A DNA stretch of 63,767 nt, counting the filler, from Olpidium bornovanus S191 (Eukaryota > Fungi > Olpidiomycota), in assembly GCA_017911155.1 (NCBI GenBank). It is 33 parts of 33 records of this genome, joined end to end, with 100 filler letters (N's around TTAATTAATTAA, not from the genome) between each part and the next. Parts side by side here need not be neighbours in the genome. Positions count along the whole stretch, not along the records: positions 1 to 1,152 come from JAEFCI010012206.1; positions 1,253 to 3,372 come from JAEFCI010013471.1; positions 3,473 to 4,528 come from JAEFCI010007861.1; positions 4,629 to 6,091 come from JAEFCI010013325.1; positions 6,192 to 7,305 come from JAEFCI010011751.1; positions 7,406 to 10,249 come from JAEFCI010010158.1; 27 more parts are not named here. The stretch is one strand, 5' to 3'. The notes below the pieces were generated by a model. It had not been told where the DNA came from and made no database searches. It saw only the letters and a list, made by a program, of their open reading frames with translations. A program made the position numbers and the translations under genes. Shown in pieces: positions 1-10,200 of this stretch (its first letter is position 1; the number at the start of each line of letters is the position of its first letter).

Positions 1-604
1 CATGATCATCTAAAACTGCTTTAAGAGTATTTATTTACTTTTAAATCCTCCATCCCCGGCGTTTTCTCATTTGTCTGTTCCCGCCTCCTGTTGGAATGGC
101 TTCGCAGGGCGAGTGTGCTGTGGCACAGTCCACAGCCCCGACCGCCCCAGGGCCGCCACGGAGGACGCCAAGGAGGGCGCGGCGGCGGGCGGCGGAGGAC
201 TCGGAGGCAGAGACGGTGTGGAAGAATTTCCAGACACGGTAACGGAATGCACGAGGAAGGAGGGGGCTGTGCGGGTGGGGACCGAGAGGAAGACGCGTCA
301 GGAAGGAGAAGGGGCCGAAATATCGACTCATTTCGCCGCGGAACCGAGCTAGGGAAAGAAATAAAACGCGTGAACACGACGCATAGCACGTGGGTGGAGA
401 AGGAAAATGACGGGAAAAGAGCAGCGACGGGGACTGCCGACTGGTATATAGAAGCCTTGAGCGAGAGGAAGCAGAAAAAAGGAGCGTGAAACCCTCACTA
501 TCGCCCAGAGAAAAGACGTGTCGGTCTGAACCATTTAGCCTGAGAGATAGAGAAATAGGAGACGTGAACGAATGGAACGGAACTGGCGGATCGCCCGGGG
601 AGTT

Positions 605-605
<1 letters not shown>

Positions 606-662
<57 letters not shown>
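606..662 (+). repeat. (GA)n microsatellite, about 28 units
   Basis: Direct read. A similar (GA)n tract occurs at about 14256-14312. Confidence 0.95.
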
Positions 663-663
<1 letters not shown>

Positions 664-1030
664 AAAGTGGTTTTTCCCTGTCATGCGCATTTTCCTTTCA
701 AGCCTTAAAGATGCCCTGGGGCTTAACGACTGACTTCACTTTCCGAATTAAGTACAAAACTAGTACAACAACGGGACAGTCACGTGACCCCTGGCCCGAC
801 CAATAAAATAGCCCCCCTCACGTAGCAACGCCACACGTGGCACCCCATAGCCAACCACGCCTCCCCCCTTGGCAAAAGAGACTGCCCCCGCTGTGGGCAA
901 GAATGGCTCCACTTGACCCAATGGCAATCTCTTTCGGCGACCGCTTGGGTGCTAAGGCCGGGTGTCTGATTTCCTCTTTTTCTCTCTTTCTCCTTCTTTT
1001 TCTTTCTACGCCTCGGCGGCAACTCTGAGC

Positions 1031-1130
1031 TGTAACAAGTGTAACAAGTGTATTATTTATCTGCGCAATGCGCTATCTGGAGATAATGTATACACGAGCC
1101 TAGCTCTGGAATCTGGATCTGGATCTGGAT
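1031..1130 (+). repeat. Dispersed repeat, probable LTR 5' end (TGTAACAAG...), homologous to 43383-43465
   Basis: Both loci share the blocks TGTAACAAG, ATCTGCGC-N3-GCGCTATCTGGAGAT, CTAGCTCTGG and TCTGGATCTG in the same order. The TG start is typical of LTRs. Confidence 0.6.
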
Positions 1131-1152
1131 GTTGTGCTGGGATTTTTGTGTC

Positions 1153-1252
1153 NNNNNNNNNNNNNNNNNNNNNNNNNNNNNNNNNNNNNNNNNNNNTTAA
1201 TTAATTAANNNNNNNNNNNNNNNNNNNNNNNNNNNNNNNNNNNNNNNNNNNN
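1153..1252. other. Synthetic contig spacer N44-TTAATTAATTAA-N44 (first of 32 in the window)
   Basis: An identical 100-bp unit separates every contig. TTAATTAATTAA puts a stop codon in all six frames. Confidence 0.98.
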
Positions 1253-2228
1253 CATGGTCGCCGCGAAGACGTTCTCTACGGTTTCTGCCTGGAATACGCG
1301 CAGCGGTCAGGGCGCGCGAACACATCGTCCTGCCGGGAAAAGGCGCTGCACGGGACGTCGGAAAAAACCCGCGTGCCTTGTTTCGGTACATCGCCACCTC
1401 GGTTCTCTTCGACTTGATGATGGCCTCTACTCGGGACACGCTCAGGCCGTACTCTTCGGCGAGCCTGAACGGCGTCCACTTCGTCGGGTTATCTTGGTGC
1501 AGGAGGAACACCGCGTTTCGCGTTTCGTTGGATATTGGCGGTATGGCCCTGTAGTACGGGTTCATGGGGTACGGCTGTCGCCCGCAAGCCGGGCGTCATG
1601 AGCGTCAGTCAGACCAAAAGATCGAAGGTTTCCCCGGGGGGGCAGCCGGTCGTGACGCGGTGCACCGCTCCGTCGGGCACAATGTCGAAAAGTCTTGAAA
1701 GGAATTGAAAAAAAAAAAAAAAAAAAAAAAAAACGGAGACCAGGCCGCGGGGAAGTTGGGCGATGGCGGGTGGGACAAACTCACGCAGTCGCCCGCAAGG
1801 TAGTTGCGCGGCTTCTCCAGCATGTCGTAGAACCTCAGCCCTCCGGTGTAAAGCCAGCGGAAGCAGGGGTCGGCGTTCGCGCTGTCCTTTGCCGCGCGGG
1901 CGAAGGCTTCGCGGGTCACCGGGTTGCCGGTGTCGTGGAAGTACACGTCGTCAGCCCCGCCCCGCTTCAACCTCCCCGTCTCGTCGCGCGGCTGCGGCAG
2001 GGCGGGGATGAATTTCAGCCGGGCTTTCACCCCCGTGGCGCTCGCCGCCGTCGCGCGGAAGCCTCGGAGGTGCGTCGTCGCCGTCGTCGCCCGCGGGCCG
2101 CAAACGGAAACAGCGCCCGCCGCCGCCGCAGCCGCCGCCGCCGCCCGGGCGGCGGAACGCCGCGGCGGTCGCGGCCGCGCGAAGCCCGGCAGCGGAACGC
2201 AGCTTCGGAACGGCGCCGGGGTCGCCAT
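1253..2228 (-). CDS. MRPS35: Mitochondrial ribosomal protein mS45 / Bot1p family (3' partial, spliced)
   Basis: Arg/Ala-rich presequence from ATG 2228. Exon 1 ends at 1785 (GTGAGT donor) and exon 2 starts at 1574, giving PYPMNPYYRAIPPISNETRNAVF...LAEEYGLSVSRVEAIIKSK, which matches the Bot1p pattern PxNPxF...L...G.....RV.A..RLK. Confidence 0.75.
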
Positions 2229-2449
2229 CGGGGCGCGCGCGGGAGGGGTAGCGGTGTGTGTGTGTGTGTGTGTGGGCGTTGATTTCCGCGACGCGCGCGA
2301 CGCTTGTTTGGTTTTTCGGCTTGGTTTTCCTCCGCAGTTTCGGGTGTGGCGGATTGCGTGTGCGTGGGTGTATCAGGCGGCACTTGGCCTGCCTCCGTTG
2401 GTCGCCGTGCCAAAATCCGGCCCCCACCCGGGAAAACGTTTTCTTTCTT

Positions 2450-2640
2450 TCTGGAAAAACGTTTCAATGGCATTCGAATCTTGGCGTAGCCTGGGATCCA
2501 GCCTTTGAAATAATTTACAATTCCGAGGAACTTGTCCAAATCTGCTTCGCCTGCAAGGGCAGATCGTTCTGCCGCCGTCTGCTAATATTCTTCTTCCACG
2601 CGGATGCGTGTCTCGTCAAAGATACGGGCGTGGCGGCTGG
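2450..2640 (-). mobile_element. Possible Ty3/gypsy RT-thumb relic
   Basis: Minus strand reads RIFDETRIRVEEEY*...EADLDKFLGIVNYFKGWIPGYAKIRMPLKR, resembling the gypsy consensus VRSFLGLVNYYRRFIPNFAKIAxPL. One in-frame stop. Confidence 0.45.
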
Positions 2641-2690
2641 ATATGCCGAAACGCCAGGCGTAAGGGCGGCGTGCCTAGTGGGATCCTCGG

Positions 2691-2700
2691 GTCACGTGAC
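2691..2700. promoter_or_regulatory. GTCACGTGAC palindrome (extended E-box, Cbf1/bHLH-ZIP type) about 460 bp upstream of MRPS35
   Basis: Perfect 10-bp palindrome; a second copy lies at 779-788. Function is inferred. Confidence 0.35.
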
Positions 2701-3300
2701 TCGGAGCGTGATAACGTTCGACGGGGGGTGTTGCATATCCTGACTCCTTTGAGTGGCAAGTGAGGCGGAAAAACTTTTGGCTCGATCACGGCCAGCTAAC
2801 GAGCAGCTGGGAAGGACAGAAACTAAAGCCTGGCCTGACGACAGGAAGGGCGAAAGCGACGTGACTGACACGCTCGCGCGCGCGCTCCTGAAAAGAGCCT
2901 TCCCCGGCGGGCAAGGCCGAAAGTACTGTTTTTTTTTTTTTTCTCGTAAACGGAAGAAAACCCCGCGATGCGATATCCTTCGACGTTTCCACACGGGCCG
3001 AACGGTCCGGCCCGGGAGGAAGGAGCGAAACATGCGGGGGAGAGGGAAAAACGAAAAGGACGGCGTGTTGGGCGTGTGGTGTGCGGGCGGAGGGGGTTGG
3101 GAAAAAAGCGCCCGTCTTGGCGGGAGGGGGAGGGGGAGATGGGCATTAAATTCCTCCCCCCGAATATCAGATCCCGTTTTGCCTTGGGGCGGGTGGAAAG
3201 AGGACTAAGAGTACACATCGCGAAAACCTCGCGCGCCGCGTTCTGAAAAATCACAAGCGTTGCTTTTGCAGGCGCTCTCCGCGGGAGAAAAACAGAAAAG

Positions 3301-3363
<63 letters not shown>

Positions 3364-3472
3364 CCCCCCCCCNNNNNNNNNNNNNNNNNNNNNNNNNNNN
3401 NNNNNNNNNNNNNNNNTTAATTAATTAANNNNNNNNNNNNNNNNNNNNNNNNNNNNNNNNNNNNNNNNNNNN

Positions 3473-3634
3473 GCGTCTCCGTTGTTACCGGCGTCTCCGT
3501 TGTTACCGGCGTCTCCGTTGTTACCGGCGTCTCCGTTGTTACCGGCGTCTCCGTTGTTACCGGCGTCTCCGTTGTTACCGGCGTCTCCGTTGTCACCGGC
3601 GTCTCCGTTGTCACCGGCGTCTCCGTTGTTACCG
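3473..3634. repeat. 18-bp coding minisatellite GCGTCTCCGTTGTTACCG x9, truncated by gap
   Basis: Direct read. Encodes GNNGDA/GDNGDA on the minus strand. Confidence 0.95.
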
Positions 3635-4472
3635 GGGGTTCCTCCGTTGTTTGGGGGTTCCCCGGTGGCGGCTTCCCTGTCGGTGTTGTCGCCACCGTTG
3701 GTCCCGGGCGTGAAGTTCTGGATCAAATCGAAGCCGGCCTGAATCATGCGGCGGCATTGGCGAAAAAGAAAATATACAATAAAAATAAGTAAAGTTAAAC
3801 ATTTGACTTGCCACGCAGTGAGGAGCACCGACCTCTTCAGACAGCTGGTCCGCTATCGACTTCCCCTGGGCTTGTTGTTCACCGTTGATGGATCCGTTTA
3901 GGATTCCATTGAGAATTTCGTCGGATTTCTGGTTGGCCTGGGCGGATCCCGCAAGGGCAGGATCGACCTTGGGGATAACGCCACGAATCTCAGCGCGGGT
4001 CGGCTTCGTCGGATCCGTGCAGACGCTTGCCTTGCTTCCCGCATCGCCGGCTGCGAAGGGGTTGAAGTTCTACGCAACCCGAGTGATAAAACCATTTAGT
4101 CCGACCCGTCCGCCAGAACACTCCCCAAAAACAACAGCAAAAAATTGACAATTTTACCTTTTCAGACTGCATCGCTCTCCGAGCGACCTCAACCACCTTT
4201 TCCCTGTCTTCGGCGCTGAGCTTGTCGCCGAACGTGACCAGCTCGTCCATTTTGTCGGCCAAGGCGCACGGGTTCGCGGCCGCAAGAAGCGGCGCGATGG
4301 ACCCACCGGCAATGGTGCTGATGACACCGCTGTCCTGCGGCTCGGTCTTAATCTGCCCATTGAGGGTACTGATGATCTGGGCAGCGCCCTGTTCCTGTCC
4401 GAAGCGAGCCTCGACGGTGCCGAGACAGGCGGCACCGGCAACGGCGCAGGCGATAGCGATTGAGAATTTCAT
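3473..4472 (-). CDS. Secreted fungal RFGQE-type protein with C-terminal (NNGDAG)n repeats (3' partial)
   Basis: Signal peptide MKFSIAIACAVAGAACLGTVEA followed by RFGQE. Exons 4472-4158, 4069-3833 and 3738-<3473 join in frame as AANPC...AMQSEK|NFNPF...VCTDPTKP...RGVIPKVDP...GKSIADQLSEE|AGF. All boundaries are GT-AG. Confidence 0.8.
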
Positions 4473-5181
4473 TATGGGATGGAATGTGGGTTTGATTGAA
4501 TGGCAAGTAGAGAAGTAGAGGGGAATAANNNNNNNNNNNNNNNNNNNNNNNNNNNNNNNNNNNNNNNNNNNNTTAATTAATTAANNNNNNNNNNNNNNNN
4601 NNNNNNNNNNNNNNNNNNNNNNNNNNNNCATGACGGCCTTTTTGGCGCCCAACTTCGCCAATTAAGAGGCCGTACCGAGTGGAGCTTATGAACGAAGGGA
4701 TCGCGAGATGAGGTGGCCTAAAATGTGCGACTTTCCGTTAGCTCTCGGGGATAGGAATGCAGGCTGCACCCGTGGCGAGTCGGGTGACGGTGTAGCGTGA
4801 TCCCCCAGCCCCGGGCACTACGCAGCAGCAGGGCGTGGCTCTGCATTTCTCCGAGAGGTTTCGGTTTTCACGAAGCGGGCCGCTGCGGCGCGCGGCCGTG
4901 ACGCCTGCCTTCCTCGATTTTCGGCAGAAAACTCCCGCCTCAAATGCCAGACTCGCGGGTCCGGAACAGACAAAAAAAAAAACCCCCCGCCAAAAGAAAC
5001 CCACTCAAACCCCGCCCCACAAGCCGCCTTTCGCTCGACGGTTTTGGACGGTGCGAGAGTGACCGGCGACTGAAGTTCGCTTCCGCCCCTTCTCCTCGTC
5101 GTCGCCGGACGACCGTCCTTGCCCGGCCTCGAGTTCGAAGAAGACGGGCAGAGGCGGGGCGTCCTCCCGCCCACGGCGGCC

Positions 5182-5928
5182 CTAATTCCTGCGGAGCAGC
5201 CCAAGATGCCGCAGTCGGCCGTCCCCGGCCTGCCGCCGACGCTCGCGGGCATGTTCGTCCTCGAAGTCCGACAGTCGGTGCATGCGCTGCTTGGCGCCGG
5301 GAGCCGGCGGAGGCGGGGCGCGAAAGGAGAGTACGCCGCCGCTGTCGGCGGTTTGCCCGTGGGGGTGCCGAAGAAGGCCGCCGTCAAGCGTGCCGAAAAC
5401 GCCGCGGCGCCGACCCCAAAGCGGCCACGGTTCCTGCCGGGGGCGCCGCCTGTCTCCCGCGGCCAGGCATTCCCCGCCAGGGCGGCGCGGGAGCTGGACC
5501 CCGGTTGCTGCGGAGGCAGGAGGAGCACGTTGTCGTCGGTGAAGTCGGCGGCGGCGGCCAGGCCATCCGAGGCCGTTTCCCGGCGTGCGATTCTGCGGTC
5601 GATGTCGTTGCCGCCTCCGCCTGCCGTCTGCCGGGCCGGGTTTTCGTGGGCTCCGGTGTTCGCGAGCCGACCCCCCTTCAAACGCCCTGGCAAGCTGCGC
5701 TTCCGCTCTTATCGCCGGCACCAAGAAGGAGCGGATCTGGAGATGACCGCTGTCGCCGGGAGCGACCGTGGCGTCGGGCGTCAGTGATGAAGGTGGAATA
5801 GATATGGCAAGCCAAAGCGTCTTGCCCGCCGGCGTGGGCGGCTCCACAGCAGGAACAATGTTCGAGCGGCCTCCGGTTTTGAAATCGGAAACCGCCGTTT
5901 TCCGTTGTAGGAAACCCGGTTGGACCAC
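5182..5928 (-). CDS. Hypothetical protein (partial, unknown)
   Basis: 248-codon ORF with C/G-ending codons on the minus strand and a plausible upstream acceptor. No family recognised, and competing shadow ORFs exist. Confidence 0.3.
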   Translation of the reverse strand: MVQPGFLQRKTAVSDFKTGGRSNIVPAVEPPTPAGKTLWLAISIPPSSLTPDATVAPGDSGHLQIRSFLVPAIRAEAQLARAFEGGSAREHRSPRKPGPADGRRRRQRHRPQNRTPGNGLGWPGRRRRLHRRQRAPPASAATGVQLPRRPGGECLAAGDRRRPRQEPWPLWGRRRGVFGTLDGGLLRHPHGQTADSGGVLSFRAPPPPAPGAKQRMHRLSDFEDEHARERRRQAGDGRLRHLGLLRRN

Positions 5929-6710
5929 GCTTCAGGGCGATCAAACGTCACGTTGGCCGATACACAGTTTTCGAATTTTCGACGCCGACCACGAAATTTT
6001 TTCTGCCTCGACGGTCCCCGATTTTGGACCTTGGGCCGCCTCGCACCGAGGTACCAGGAGATACTACCGGATATCAAGCGAGCTACTCATGNNNNNNNNN
6101 NNNNNNNNNNNNNNNNNNNNNNNNNNNNNNNNNNNTTAATTAATTAANNNNNNNNNNNNNNNNNNNNNNNNNNNNNNNNNNNNNNNNNNNNAGCCGGAGC
6201 GCCCCCCCCCCCCCCCCCCCCCCCCCTCTCAGGCCGCGGCAACGTCTAGCGCCGTCGTTTCGCGTTATCTCGCTGCTCGTTTTTGCCTCCGCTCAAGTCG
6301 GGTGGGGGCGGGGTCTTCAAGGGTGCAAAAGTCCCCGAGGTTTGTGAGGAAATGCGCACCGCCGCCCTTTGACAGCGGCGACTTCCCTCCCGACGCACCC
6401 AGGCCCCCCAAAGAACGGCCATGTCCATCTTCAGAATACCGTTCGGACACGCCGCGAAAGCCGTTTCTCCATTGAGACTGCGCGGCCCCCGCCCCAAATC
6501 CTCTCGTCGCGAAGCAGACAACCAAGTTTTTGGAAACCGCAGGCATCGCCGCGAATTCGGGTAAACACATGCGATACTCCCCTTTCCTGCTCTCCACCGT
6601 GATTCACGCGTTCCTAAGACCAAGGCGCGTCCGCGGTCTCGCAGTTCCTCGCATCGAGGCGGAGCGCCATTTAGAAAAAGCCAGCGCTATGCGCGATAGA
6701 AACAACGAAC

Positions 6711-7305
6711 CTGCAATGCTTTTGAGCGAGGTGAGCTCAAACGTCTCAAATATCTTATTCTCGGGAGGCAGCTCGTTTCATGCCAACTTGAAGTCGGGTA
6801 TGTGCGCCGGCGCAATATGGTCCGCGGTGGTCAACGACACATCGTCGAGCCGGTCGATGCGCGAATTTCTGGCAGAGGAAGACGGCCATCAATTACAATG
6901 CGTTGGCATAGCGCCAGAACCCACGAGGCTCACGAGGTATTCGTCTTTGTGTCCGTCCTCGTCAGGCTTGCCCGTTGCAAGATCGCAATCCTTCACGACA
7001 AACTTCAGTGTACAAGAAAATACAGCTGTCGGTGAACACGCAGCAAGATTTAATATGCAAGTTAAGCGATTGTTCATTCAGAGTGATGACACGAAGCATA
7101 CGAGCTCCTGTCGGGGAGCTCAGCTGATGTTATTATTACGGTGTTGGGTCAGTTCTTAAAATATGAAACGTAAGTGTCTCCCGGGACGTCAATTGCCAGC
7201 TTTCCCGCAGGGATTATTATTTCGACGCAAAGCTCATTTTCAGTGTCCTCTGAAACCATCACGACCGTGACGTCTTCCAGCTGTGAGTCCGGAATGGTGT
7301 TCATG
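6711..7305 (-). pseudogene. SEC21: Coatomer gamma subunit (gamma-COP) appendage-domain fragment, disrupted
   Basis: NTIPDSQLEDVTVVM..., [29 protein letters not shown] and DDVSLTTADHI...FKLA*NEL...ETFELTSLKSI match the gamma-COP C-terminus. TGA at 6780-6778 replaces a conserved Trp, and there is an apparent 1-nt frameshift in a T-run near 7158-7161. Confidence 0.7.
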
Positions 7306-7406
7306 NNNNNNNNNNNNNNNNNNNNNNNNNNNNNNNNNNNNNNNNNNNNTTAATTAATTAANNNNNNNNNNNNNNNNNNNNNNNNNNNNNNNNNNNNNNN
7401 NNNNNC

Positions 7407-8284
7407 ATGATTATTACCACCGACACAATGACTATTGCCACTACTACGGACACGGACACCCCCTCCACTGGCACGATGGGCATCACTGCCACCACGGACT
7501 TCTCAACTGGGGCCACCACTGCTACCACCACTACTGACACCTCGATAATGATCATAACTTCTGACGAACTGATTCCGACTTCTACAACCATTATCGACGT
7601 ATTGGTCATCATCACGACCACCGACACGACGACTGTCGCCACTGCCGCGACGGCGGAGACATCGACCACAACCATAACTTTCACCACACTCACCACAACA
7701 ACAACGACTCTAACCACAGACGTCGAGATAACCACAACAACCATATTCAGCGAAGCAACGACTGAAAGCGAAGCCGCCACATCGTCGGAAGAGACTTCCA
7801 CGGAAGTGATCGTGACGACATCTTCAGATATCGTCATTCCAACTTCGCTGCTTTTCTGTGGCGGCGGTATCATAGGCAACGGCACTTGTGAACTCCAGAT
7901 GCAATGCTGTTCATCTGTACGGGCCCCGTGTCCGCTGCGCCGTCATCAGGTGTCGGGGCTGGCGAAACGCAAGAAACGCTGACACAAAACTTTTCACACA
8001 GGACGGATGGTGCGACAGCGGTCCCGACCACTGCCCGGAAGAAGTCGTGGTCGTCCCGATCGATCCGCAAGACAGCGGCGAGACAGATGACGTTTACGTC
8101 CCTGGCAAATGCGGCTTCGGCGTGGTCGGCGACGGGAAATGCGTGGATCCCCTTCTGCAATGCTCCGAGGTGCGTTTCCGATTCGCGGTATAATACGGCG
8201 GGCCGGACCGCGGGCGCGCGCCCGCGGGCGGAGAAGAAGTGCGAGCCGAGTTTCTAAACCACGCCGCGCCCCGTTGGTTTTTTT

Positions 8285-8320
<36 letters not shown>

Positions 8321-8340
8321 CCCCCCCCCCCCCCCCTTTT

Positions 8341-8376
<36 letters not shown>

Positions 8377-8850
8377 CTTCCTTCCCCGGTCGTCGGGTTT
8401 CTTTTCCCGCGCATCTTCTCTTCTCAGTGGGGCTGGTGCGTGCCGGTCGAGATCACGGACCCCGCCGTGCCCGTCCCCACGTTCAACCCGGACGAGGAGG
8501 AAGGCCCCGCCACGGCGACGTCAACGACGACCTCGACGCCCGCCGCGGAGAAGAACAGCGAGACGACGAGCACCACGGTGGCCGGCTCGATCGGCGCCGG
8601 CTTCCTGGCCTTGGGCGCCGCCGCCTCCGCGTTCGTCCTGCGCCGCCGCAGAGAGGTCGGCGCCTACCTGAACGCGTTCGCTTCCAACACGTTCGCCGGC
8701 CGCGCGACCACCGAAAACCCGCTGTACTCGGGCGGCGAGAACTTCCGCGAGAACACCCTCTACCAGGCGCAACCCTTGGATGCCTCGCAGGCGCACCTGT
8801 GCGTCTCGCAGGCAAACCTGAACCCGCAGAGCAGCGGCAGCGGCTCATGA
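7407..8850 (+). CDS. Type I membrane protein: Thr-rich mucin region, two hevein/CBM18-like modules, TM helix, NPLY tail (5' partial)
   Basis: Exons 7407-7916, 8002-8169 and 8428-8850 (GT-AG, phase 0) reconstruct CGGGIIGNGTCELQMQCCSS|DGWCDSGPDHC and CGFGVVGDGKCVDPLLQCSE|WGWC. The hydrophobic VAGSIGAGFLALGAAASAFVL is followed by RRRR. Confidence 0.8.
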
Positions 8851-9199
8851 CATCCAAACAGCCGCGGCGCCCTAAATTAAAGCCCCCCCCCCCCTTCTCC
8901 CAACCCCCTCCCCCCACCCCTTCCTCCCCGCCCCCAACCCCCTCCCACCTCCAATTAGATAAGGATGTGTTTAGAGAAATAGTTGACCCTTTCCGCAATT
9001 CTCGCACGCGCTCGATTGGGCGAGACAAGTTGGTCCCCATGCGAGTGTGCCGTGAGCCCCTAGAATCGTTGCTCCTGCCGGAAAAGAGCCGTCCAATAAA
9101 ATCCCGCGTCACACTCCCATCGGAAACGCCCGAAGCGGGCCCCAACGGCTGCCGCAGCGCACAGACGGCATGAAATTAGTCACCACCGTTCGGCCGCAG

Positions 9200-10200
9200 T
9201 CACAAGCAACTTGCGTTTTTCGTCCGATGTGGCCTTGACGACCCGCCGTTGGAATTGCCGAGTTGGGCACTATGGCGTCAGCACCATGACCTGCGCTGTG
9301 AAGGAATACGGCCTGAATGACACAAAGGCAAGACATCAATGCATCGGACACATGCAAGAGTTGCAAGCTCGGCAGATCCACGTCTCAACCATTCAACCTC
9401 ACCTACGAGCGTGCTGTGGCACCCCTTCAGCGTGTACATTCTGACATTTGCGGACTGATAAGTCCCACTTCATTCGGAGGACACAACTATTGCCGACTAC
9501 TCGCGAGAAGCCACTGTAGTGCCACTAACGTACAAAGGTGACCCCTCCAGTGTTTTCAAAAGGCACACATCACGGTGCCCGGAGTTGTGAATATCTCATC
9601 CAGAAACTCCAAACGAATCAGGGCTCTGAATACGTTGAACAACATTGCCAGCAGTTCCTGGATGAAGCTGGGATTTGGCATATTCTGGCGGCAACATACT
9701 CTCCCGCAACAAACGGCGTTGCAGAGCGTTTCAACCGAACGCTGATGGACAAAGTACACGTGATGCGGATTGAGACAGGCATTTCCGCTTAGCTATGGAG
9801 CGAACTGGTCGTCACGTCAGCGTACCTAAACAACTGTACTCTACACTTGGATACAGAGCAGAGCCCATTTGCCACAACAACCGATAAGACAGCGCAAATT
9901 GGCCACATCAGAAAGATCTGGAGCACGGCATATGCGCACATCCCAGCAGACCTACAACCGTCAAAGCTGGACCCGTGAGCACGAAAGACAAAATTGTTTG
10001 GGCACAAATTTGACATGGGCTGCCGTTTATATGATGAGCAGACGCGGGAAATCATTCTATTCAAATGACGCACTGTTCAAGGAAAACAAACATCACGTTA
10101 AGCGAGAACAAAACCACATCAAGCAATTCATGCCAATTGCCAGCACGAAACGTTACGACAGAGAAGATGCTGCTGACTAAACCCAAAATTGCGGAGATCC
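9200..10200 (+). mobile_element. Degenerate Ty1/copia pol: GAG-pre-integrase plus integrase core
   Basis: W.CRVGH...CKSCKLGR, RVHSDICG, KLQTNQGSEY, YSPATNGVAERFNRTLMDK and LWSELVVTSAYLNN occur across shifted frames with stops. Confidence 0.9.

Noticed and set aside
1197-1208. TTAATTAATTAA as a biological repeat
   Set aside because: It is always flanked by N44 on both sides; a synthetic six-frame stop linker.
6778-6780. UGA-as-Trp genetic code suggested by TGA at a conserved Trp
   Set aside because: TOR, UBC7 and the CBM18 gene end in TGA and use TGG for Trp. The same gamma-COP copy has other lesions.
6530-7159. 209-aa plus-strand ORF
   Set aside because: It is antisense to the gamma-COP remnant and has no recognisable features.
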